In this document: positions 8,949-17,100 of the stretch, in pieces
How positions within the stretch are numbered: the first letter of the stretch is position 1
How the letters are laid out: every line of letters starts with the position of its first letter
From: Candidatus Nitrospira inopinata
GTDB lineage: Bacteria > Nitrospirota > Nitrospiria > Nitrospirales > Nitrospiraceae
DNA length: 32,000 nt
Direction: 5' to 3'
Assembly (NCBI RefSeq): GCF_001458695.1
Contig: NZ_LN885086.1
Location: 2,190,001 to 2,222,000 of the forward strand
Notes under the pieces: model-generated
What the model was told of the DNA's origin: nothing
What the model saw: the letters and a program-made list of their open reading frames with translations, nothing else
Database searches by the model: none
Made by a program: the position numbers and the translations under genes

Positions 8949-9977
8949 ATGAAAGCGCAATTGAAACCCCGGATCAACCTCGACCATCGGACGCCGCTCC
9001 AGGACGTGATTCCACTTTCCACGCCGATGGTGCTGTTCGTCGATCCCGTCGATACATGCAATTTTCGTTGTACCTTTTGTCCGACGGGAGACCGAGAGCT
9101 GATCAAATCCACGGGTCGGTGGCAGGGGCGAATGTCGCTCGATTTGTTTAAAAAGATCATCGACGACCTGGCCGAATTCGAGCAGCCGATCAAAGTCCTG
9201 CGTCTGTACAAGGAAGGCGAGCCGCTCCTACACACGCAGTTCGCCGAGATGGTGTGGTATGCCAAGCGGAGCGGCCGCGTGGAATATATCGACACGACGA
9301 CCAATGGCTATTTGCTGAGTCCGGAGCGGGTGGGGCCGATTCTTGACGCCGGGATCGATCGCATCAACATTTCCGTTGACGGGATGTCGAGCGAACAATT
9401 TTGGCGGTTCACTAAAACCAGGGTCGATTTCGAGAAATACGTCGAGAACATCCGGCATCTCTATGAGCGCAAGGGATCCTGCGAGATCTGCATCAAAATT
9501 CCGGGCGACATCCTGTCCGATGACGACAAACAACGGTTCTTCGACACCTTCGGCGACTACGCGGACCGAATCTCAATCGAAAACTTCGCGCCCTGCTGGC
9601 CGGAATTCGACGTGGAAGCGCGCAGCGGCATCGCGATCACGGAGGGGATTTACGGCAACCCGATCAAGGAAGTGTCGGTCTGCCCCTATATTTTTTACTC
9701 CATGGCGGTGAATACCGACGGAACGGTCAGCCTTTGTTTTTTGGACTGGGCCCGCAAGCTCGTCATCGGAGACACACGTCTTCAATCTCTTAAGTCGATC
9801 TGGGACGGCGAGTCGATGCACCGGCATCGAGTCGCCCACTTGAAGGGACGGCGCAAGGACAATCCGACTTGCGCCGACTGCGGCCAGCTCAGCCACTGTC
9901 TGCCGGACGATATCGACGCGTACGCCGCCTCTTTGCTGACGAGAATTGAACGGCCACAAAAAACCGGGAGTCGCTGA
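8949..9977 (+). CDS. radical SAM / SPASM-domain enzyme
   Basis: ATG 8949 lies behind AAGGAG; the track start 8889 is an upstream extension. CX3CX2C motif 'CNFRCTFC' at 9057-9080. The C-terminal 'CPYIFYSMAVNTDGTVSLCFLDW ... CADCGQLSHC' is typical of a SPASM auxiliary-cluster region. Confidence 0.85.
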   Translation: MKAQLKPRINLDHRTPLQDVIPLSTPMVLFVDPVDTCNFRCTFCPTGDRELIKSTGRWQGRMSLDLFKKIIDDLAEFEQPIKVLRLYKEGEPLLHTQFAEMVWYAKRSGRVEYIDTTTNGYLLSPERVGPILDAGIDRINISVDGMSSEQFWRFTKTRVDFEKYVENIRHLYERKGSCEICIKIPGDILSDDDKQRFFDTFGDYADRISIENFAPCWPEFDVEARSGIAITEGIYGNPIKEVSVCPYIFYSMAVNTDGTVSLCFLDWARKLVIGDTRLQSLKSIWDGESMHRHRVAHLKGRRKDNPTCADCGQLSHCLPDDIDAYAASLLTRIERPQKTGSR

Positions 9978-11668
9978 TGTCAAGCACCGGACGAGAAGAA
10001 CGGATCCTGTTCATCATTCCACCCTATTTCAACGTGGACGACTACATGGGAGGCGATCGCGCGAACGTGTTGCCGTCGTTCACGATCCCATACGGCATTC
10101 TGTCTCTGGATGCCTATCTGAAGGCTCATTGCACGGTGCCGGTGACAGTCGACATTCTGGATTTGAATTTGTCGCTGCGCCAAGCCGTGGAGACGGGAAA
10201 CGTCTCGCGAATCCAGGCCGTGTTCGATGAACTGATCAGAGAGCGGGTTCAAATCGCTCGGCCCGTGATCATCGGAATTTCGGCGCTGTTTAACGTGTCG
10301 TTCCGATACATGGGACATATTTCCGCCGTGGCGAAAGCCGCCGCCCCCGGTGCGTTGATCGTCGCGGGTGGAGGGCTTCCGTCAGCCGGGTTTCGGCAAG
10401 TGTTGGAACATTGCCCGGCCATTGACGCGGTATGTCGGGGAGAAGGAGAGATCCCGTTGCGCGATCTGATCGAAGCCGGTGACCGAGCCGATCTGTTGGA
10501 GCGGCACCCTTCATGGATGACCAGAGGAGGAATTGCGGCGGGTAAAATTCCCGCCCATACGTTCGTCGAGAACCTCGATGACATTCCCATGCTCGATTAC
10601 GGCTTAGTCGATTTGGACGATTACAACTCCCGTTCTATCGACAAACGATACAGCGGCCAGCCGAAACGCGAGATGGCGATCCATACCTCACGGGGCTGTC
10701 CTTTTCTTTGCGTGTTTTGCGCGAACCCCTCGTTGCACGGGGCGGATGTGCGGGCCATGAGTGTGGCGCGCGTCGCCGCCGAGGTGCGTCGGATGAAAGA
10801 ACAGTGGGGCATGACCGTGTTGCTGATCGAGGACGACCACTTCTTTTTCGACAAAGCGCGGGCGAAGCAGGTCTTGCGTGAATTGATCGATCTCGGCGTG
10901 CGCGTGGAGTTTCCCAATGGAATCGCCGTCTATGCCATCGACGAGGAGGTGGCGAGCCTGTTCCAACAAGCCGGAGTGTCCACGGTGGCGTTGGCGGTCG
11001 AATCAGGATCCGACTACGTTCTTCATCGCATCATCAAGAAGCCGTTGAAGACCAGCCTCGTGAAAGGCAAGGTGGAACTCTTGCGAAAATACGGGGTGCA
11101 AAGCCACGTCTTCATCGTGCTGGGGCTGCCGGGAGAAATGGACGAGCACCGGCTGCAAACGCTCGATCTGCTGCTGGACGTCGGGTTCGACTGGGTGCAC
11201 GTCTTTTGCGCCGTGCCGATCTTGGGCAGCCGTCTCTACGACATCTGCGTGACCAACGGATACGTGGACACGGGAGATTTCCTTGATCACGTCAACACCA
11301 AATCGGTCATCCGGGCCCCCGGCGTCGATCCGGAAGCCGTTCAGGCGTTCGCCTATGAGATGAACCTGCTCGTCAACTTCGTCCACAACTACAACCTGAG
11401 GGTCGGACGATTCGAAACGGCGGCCAAGTACTTTGAGAACGTGACCGGCAAATATCCCGACCATGCGCTGGCCCATCATGCCCTCGCCAGGGCTTACGAG
11501 GGGCTCGGGCGAGAAGAGGAGGCGGACCGCTGTCGCCGTCGCTATCAAGACATCATCGAGCGGGATGAGTGGTGGAGGGAACGAGCGCGGAAATATGGTT
11601 TGTCGGACGGCGGAGTCTCGGCGGCGGTCCCGCTCGCCGGGAATCACCCTGCCCTCATAGAGTCATGA
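9977..11668 (+). CDS. cobalamin-binding-domain (class B) radical SAM enzyme with C-terminal TPR-like tail
   Basis: ATG shares its A with the upstream TGA (TGATG at 9975-9979). The N-terminal region ('ILFIIPPYF ... VIIGISALF ... IVAGGGLPS ... CRGEGE') is B12-binding-type. CX3CX2C motif 'CPFLCVFC' at 10697-10720. The C-terminal 'AKYFENVTGKYPDHALAHHALARAYEGLGREEEADRCRRRYQDI' is TPR-like. Confidence 0.85.
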   Translation: MSSTGREERILFIIPPYFNVDDYMGGDRANVLPSFTIPYGILSLDAYLKAHCTVPVTVDILDLNLSLRQAVETGNVSRIQAVFDELIRERVQIARPVIIGISALFNVSFRYMGHISAVAKAAAPGALIVAGGGLPSAGFRQVLEHCPAIDAVCRGEGEIPLRDLIEAGDRADLLERHPSWMTRGGIAAGKIPAHTFVENLDDIPMLDYGLVDLDDYNSRSIDKRYSGQPKREMAIHTSRGCPFLCVFCANPSLHGADVRAMSVARVAAEVRRMKEQWGMTVLLIEDDHFFFDKARAKQVLRELIDLGVRVEFPNGIAVYAIDEEVASLFQQAGVSTVALAVESGSDYVLHRIIKKPLKTSLVKGKVELLRKYGVQSHVFIVLGLPGEMDEHRLQTLDLLLDVGFDWVHVFCAVPILGSRLYDICVTNGYVDTGDFLDHVNTKSVIRAPGVDPEAVQAFAYEMNLLVNFVHNYNLRVGRFETAAKYFENVTGKYPDHALAHHALARAYEGLGREEEADRCRRRYQDIIERDEWWRERARKYGLSDGGVSAAVPLAGNHPALIES

Positions 11669-12951
11669 GAGTCTTGCACATCACTGCCCATCTTGGCGGC
11701 GGGGTTGGCAAGGTCTTGTCCGGCGTGGTCGCCGAATCGGCGCGACGCCGTGACGACACGCGCCATACCATTGCCTGTCTCGAGGTGCCGGAGAAGCGCA
11801 CGTTTCTCGACCGTGTCCTTTCATGGGGAGGAGAGGTGCTGATCGCTCCCTCGTTCGACCGCCTGGCCGAAGAGGTCGACCGCGCCGATATCGTGCAAGT
11901 GGAATGGTGGCACCATCCCACTGTCGCGGGATGGCTGTGTTCCGGCGTTCTGCCTTCCATGCGATTGCTCGTCTGGTGCCACGTGTCCGGGCTGTATCCT
12001 CCCGTTATTCCCCCCGAGTTTGTTTTGTCGGTTCATCGATTTCTTTTTACGTCGCCGTGCAGTTGGGAGCACCCGACCTTGGCGGCCTTGCGGCCCAGGC
12101 TCAAGGGGCGAGCGGAGGTGGTTTTTGGCTCAGGCGGGTTTGATGATCTGCCTCCTCCGCCGGAGCGGGTCTTTGAAACGTCGCTACAAGTAGGGTACGT
12201 CGGCTCCCTCAATTTCTCCAAACTTCATCCGCGCATTTTGGACTTTGTTCAGGCCGCCCGTCTGCCGAACTTTCGATTGGCTCTTGTTGGTGATCCGGTG
12301 ACGGGGCAGCAATTGATAGCCGAGGCGGCGATGATGGGGGTAAGAAACCGGCTTGACGTGCGGGGGTATCGCGAACAGGTTTCGGCGGAGTTAGTTGGGT
12401 TCGATGTTTTCGCCTATCTTCTCAACCCATTCCATTACGGCACAACGGAAAATGCGTTGCTTGAAGCGATGGCCATGGGAGTTGTGCCGATCGTACTCAA
12501 CAATCCAGCGGAGCGATGTGTGGTCTCGCACGGGGAAACCGGCGTGATTGTCAATGGTCCTTCTCAATTCGCCGATGCGCTGGACTGGCTGGCGGCTCAC
12601 CCCTTGGAACGAGCAAGGTTGTCGGCGAACGCCAGTCGTCTGGTGCGCCGGCGCTTTGCCATTGGTCGTACTGTTGCGGGATTGGAACATCATTATCAGC
12701 GGTTGTTCACCGAGCCAAAACGCTCCTTCGACTTTCGGCCGATCTTCGGAGAAGAACCGGCCGATTGGTTTCGGTCTTGCCAGGGAGATGAAGCCTGGAG
12801 GTTTCAGCAGAATGGCATGCTGCATGACGCCGCCAGGCGAGGGCCCGCGGTGCTCTACGAACGGACCAAGGGGTCCGTTTTTCACTACCATGCCGTCTAT
12901 CAGGCGGACGAACGGTTGGCTCGATGGGCGAAACAGCTCGATGCCGCATGA
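11665..12951 (+). CDS. GT-B fold glycosyltransferase (GT4/GT1-like)
   Basis: ATG 11665 overlaps the upstream stop (ATGA); the track start 11569 is an extension. 'MRVLHITAHLGGGVGKVL' is a typical N-terminus and 'GTTENALLEAMAMGVVPIV' is the E-x7-E donor-binding motif. Confidence 0.8.
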   Translation: MRVLHITAHLGGGVGKVLSGVVAESARRRDDTRHTIACLEVPEKRTFLDRVLSWGGEVLIAPSFDRLAEEVDRADIVQVEWWHHPTVAGWLCSGVLPSMRLLVWCHVSGLYPPVIPPEFVLSVHRFLFTSPCSWEHPTLAALRPRLKGRAEVVFGSGGFDDLPPPPERVFETSLQVGYVGSLNFSKLHPRILDFVQAARLPNFRLALVGDPVTGQQLIAEAAMMGVRNRLDVRGYREQVSAELVGFDVFAYLLNPFHYGTTENALLEAMAMGVVPIVLNNPAERCVVSHGETGVIVNGPSQFADALDWLAAHPLERARLSANASRLVRRRFAIGRTVAGLEHHYQRLFTEPKRSFDFRPIFGEEPADWFRSCQGDEAWRFQQNGMLHDAARRGPAVLYERTKGSVFHYHAVYQADERLARWAKQLDAA

Positions 12952-14117
12952 CATCGTTCCACTCGCTCCCGACCATCGCCATGGCGCGCGAACTTCTGTG
13001 GCAATTGACATCGTCCCGTTCCCCGGTCCGTCATCAGCCTGTCGATAAGCCGCTCATCCTGTATGGATCGGGGAAACTGGGCCGAATGGCGGGAGAACTG
13101 TTCAGGCGGCTCAATATTCCCATTGCCTATGCCGTGGATCGTGCTTGTCGCACAGGCGATCGGCTGCTCGACGACGTCCCCGTCATCCGACCAGAGGCCG
13201 CAGATCAGATCGATCGGGAAACCTGCCTGATCGCGGTCTGCATCGTCACCGCCCCCTATGAACCCATTCGAGACGAACTCGCGGCCATGGGGTGGCGGCA
13301 TATTTTTCCCGTCTATGATGTCTTGGATGCCTATCGCGATCGACTCCCCCTCGGCAACGGCTGGTTTGCGGGAGTCTTGAATGATGAAGACATCAATCAG
13401 ATCGACGAGGTTCTTGCAGGTTGGAGCGACGACTGGTCGCGAGCCGCCCACCTTCAGGTTTTGGCCTGGCGTTTGCACAGAATGGAATGGGAATTTGACC
13501 GGGCGCCGGTGTGTATCGAAGATCGATACTTCATTGAGCCTGTGCGGCTGGCGATGGGATTACGGGAGCGCTTTCTTGATGCAGGCGCCCACCATGGGAC
13601 GGTGATCGCCAAGTGGTTGGAACTGGTTCGTCATCAATGTGACAGCGTGATGGCCGTCGAGGCCGATCGCGATAATGTGGCGCACTTGCGAAGATGGGTG
13701 GCGACACTACCCCGCGCGATTCGGGAAACAATCATGATCAGGGATTGTGCGTTGGCAGAAGAAAGCGCCGAGAAACACTATCAGCAAGGGTGGGGATTTT
13801 CGTCACGCATTGACCCGCGTGCGGCCTGGCCTGTTCAAGCCTTTCGTCTTGATGATCTCGATTTCCCTCTGACTTTCGGGAAAATCCATTTGGAAGGCGG
13901 CGAACTCAATGCGCTCCGGGGAGGAACCGAGACGCTCCGCCGCTGTCGTCCCATTTTGGCGATCACGACCTATCACAACGCCGATGGATTGTGGCGCATT
14001 CCCCGATTCCTGATGGAGACGTTGCCGGATTATCGATTTCTCATGAGATTGCACGGGTGGTGCGGGACCGGCTCGGTCGTCTATGCCATTCCGAATGAAA
14101 GGAGGAGTGTGGCGTAA
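12948..14117 (+). CDS. FkbM-family SAM-dependent methyltransferase with N-terminal Rossmann-like module
   Basis: ATG 12948 overlaps the upstream stop (ATGA). The N-domain 'LILYGSGKLGRMAGELFRRL' is homologous to the N-domain of the 7553 radical SAM gene. FkbM-like blocks are 'FLDAGAHHGT' and 'KIHLEGGELNALRG'. Confidence 0.75.
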   Translation: MTSFHSLPTIAMARELLWQLTSSRSPVRHQPVDKPLILYGSGKLGRMAGELFRRLNIPIAYAVDRACRTGDRLLDDVPVIRPEAADQIDRETCLIAVCIVTAPYEPIRDELAAMGWRHIFPVYDVLDAYRDRLPLGNGWFAGVLNDEDINQIDEVLAGWSDDWSRAAHLQVLAWRLHRMEWEFDRAPVCIEDRYFIEPVRLAMGLRERFLDAGAHHGTVIAKWLELVRHQCDSVMAVEADRDNVAHLRRWVATLPRAIRETIMIRDCALAEESAEKHYQQGWGFSSRIDPRAAWPVQAFRLDDLDFPLTFGKIHLEGGELNALRGGTETLRRCRPILAITTYHNADGLWRIPRFLMETLPDYRFLMRLHGWCGTGSVVYAIPNERRSVA

Positions 14118-17100
14118 TGGGCTTGATCAATATTCTCCTCCCGACCATTCGGTTTTCCGCCATGGCCAAGGACATCATGGTCCAACTCTTCAGGGCAGGA
14201 GAAGAGAACCGCGACGTTCACGTCACCATCGCCGATGGGCAGGAGAATGAAGAAAAGAAGAGGTGGATCCTCGCGTCCGCCGATTTGCTGAGCAAAGACG
14301 GCCGGTTTGCCTACATCGGGTTACAGAACCCCACCGAACGGTTGTACCGAGCCGCGCAGATCGAATCGGAATGGGTTCTGCTGGTCGCGGACGACGACCT
14401 CTTCAGCATCAACTATTTGCGATGCGCTCTCGACGCCGTCCGAACGGCGGCGCCGGCCGTGACGGCGTTCGTGCCCCGCCTTTATCTTAGTTACTCGCCC
14501 AAGACGCACCTGCTGTATCGGCTGAAACCGATCAATGGACCCGACCAGCGCGAGAGACTCACGTCCCTCTTCACCCAAGGTCACAACGGTCTCTTGACCT
14601 TCGGAGTGATGCGGCGCCGTTTGTTTTGGGAGTGGATGGATTTTGTCAGAACGAAACCCATCTGGCCGTCCTATAGTGATCAATTGTTCGTCAGCTACCT
14701 GGCGATGAAGGGGTGGCTGCTGCCCATGGCCGAGGAGTGTGCCATTCTCAAGGACGATGGCGACTGGCATGATCCGCCCCAGGCGATCCGCAAGGACGCG
14801 CGCAGCTATCAAGAAGAGTTTTTGACATTGTTTCATGAGGTGTTTTGGACGGCCGACCTGTTTGCGTTTTTGCGAGAGCGTGGTTTGGAAGACGAGGCCG
14901 TTCCCGCGGTGATGGGCAGAGTCAGGACGCTATTGGGCAACGGTGCCGCGAGTTTCCCTCTTCGTCTGTCTGTCTTGGACATCAAGCCCAGCCCCCGTGT
15001 GCGGGAAGCAAAGGAGTTTGTTGAACAACTGGCTGCCGAGGCGAACACCATGCTCGCCAAATCTCTCCATGAGCAGATCCGGTTTCTTGAGGAGATAGTC
15101 GAGGTGAGCCGGTCGTTGGGCTGGCAGTCTGGCCCCGCTTCCGCCGTGCCCGAACAAGACGAGCATGGAGGGAAAACGACTCCTGTCAGTCCCTTCATCA
15201 GTTCGGGAACGGAGAGCGGCGCGAGAGAAGCCGATCCGACGGTGTCGGTGATCGTGCCGTGCTACGCCCAGGCCGATTTTCTGGCCGAAGCGATTGAAAG
15301 TGTCGTGACCCAAACCTTCAGTGACTGGGAATGTCTCATCGTCGATGACGGCAGTCCCGACCATACCGCCCAAGTCGCCCGTGATCTTATCGCTCGGTAT
15401 CCCGACAAGCGGATTCGATTGATCCGCAAGACGAACGGCGGACTGTCCGACGCGCGCAACGCGGGTATCCGGGAGGCCCGCGGGCGATACATTCTTCCCC
15501 TTGACGCCGACGATCGGTTGGATCCGCGCTATTTGGCGGAGACCGTGCCGATTCTGGAAAGAAATCCCGACATCGCCATCGTCTATGTTGATGAACGGAC
15601 CTTTGGAGAGACGGAGGGCGTTCATCGTAAAGGCGTTGTGACATTGGAGAGTCTTCTCGTCGGCAATGTCCATGACTACTGCTCGTTGTACCGTCGCTCG
15701 GTGTGGGAACGGGTGGGAGGTTACTCTCCGGCTATGTATCTGGGCGCCGAGGATTGGTGCTTTTGGATCGGCGCAGCCAAACTTGGGTTTCGATCCTACC
15801 ACGTCGGACAACCGCTATTCTGGTATCGCAGAAGGCGCGGCACGATGGTGGAGCGGGTCCAGGCGAATATGAACGTGATCAAGGCGCACATTGTGTTCCA
15901 TTATCCGGACTTGTTTATCGAGTCTGGCAAAGAGAAGGCGAGGCGCATTCTCTCGTCGCCGAGTGAAGCAGTCCGCGAGCAGTTGAAAAAAGCTCGTGCG
16001 CTTCATCCTGACAATGAGCTGTTGGAAGTGTTTTCGCGGTTCGTGCAGGGCGACGAGGAAAGCGGCAAGCCGACTGCACTTCGGGGAAATGGAACGTGGG
16101 CGAACGAACGGGAGGCAAGATGGGTCGAAGTCGCGACCTTTCTTGAGCAGATCCTTCGAGAGATTCGCCGGAACGATCCCAACCGGCCCTTGCGGATTCT
16201 CGACGTCGGTTGCGGTTCCGGTTGGCTGACCGATCGTGTCTCGATGTACGGATCTTGCGAGGGAGTGGATCCCGATCCCCTCGCGATCGCCGACGCTCGC
16301 CGGCAGTTCCCGCATCTTCGATTTGAAGCCTGTGAGGCAGGCCGGCTTCCTCCGAGCCTCAAGACCGCCTCTTACGACATCGTCCTCTGCTCGCGGATGC
16401 TGGAGGGGATTAGACAGGAGATGCGGGATGCCATCTGCAAACAACTGACCCGTCTGTTGAAGCCGAACGGCCATCTTATTTTAACGATGCGGCGCGGCGA
16501 GATATGGGAACAATGGAGCAAAGCTGGGCTTCCCTCTAACCAAGCAGAAACGTGGATGACGGAGGCACAAGTCTCGGAATTGGTGGCTGCCCATGGTTTC
16601 CGACCGATCCAAGTTGAGAGACTCTATGTCGAGATTCCAGAACGTCGGTATGTTCCCGCTCCAACTCCGGCTGATCTGAAATCGAGAGAGCTGATTCCGC
16701 TGGATCAAGTATGGGTCTGCCGGTTGGGCATGCCCGCAAGCCCGTCGACTGTTCTCGGGCAGCCGACGGTCTCCGTGATCGTACCGACCTGCAATAGACC
16801 GGACAGGCTGCGCGAAACGTTACAGAGCGTGCTGGCTCAGAGTTACCGGGACTTTGAAATCATCGTCGTCAATGATGGAAATGTCGATGTGAGCTCCGTG
16901 ATCGGCGCGCTCAATACCGACGACCGCATCACCCTCATCAAACACGATCGCAACCGCGGGCTTGCCGCCGCGCGCAACACCGGTATCAGGGTGGCCAGGG
17001 GAAAATACATTGCCTATCTGGACGACGACGACCGCTATTTGCCCGATCATTTGGAGACGTTGGTGACCGTGTTGGAGAAGGGGCAATGCAAAGCTGCGTA

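Noticed and set aside
7553-11668. Radical SAM/SPASM trio as a RiPP (ribosomal peptide) maturation cluster.
   Set aside because: There is no short precursor-like ORF, leader-peptide protease or transporter. The genes are packed with gaps of 0-25 nt inside a nucleotide-sugar and glycosyltransferase operon.
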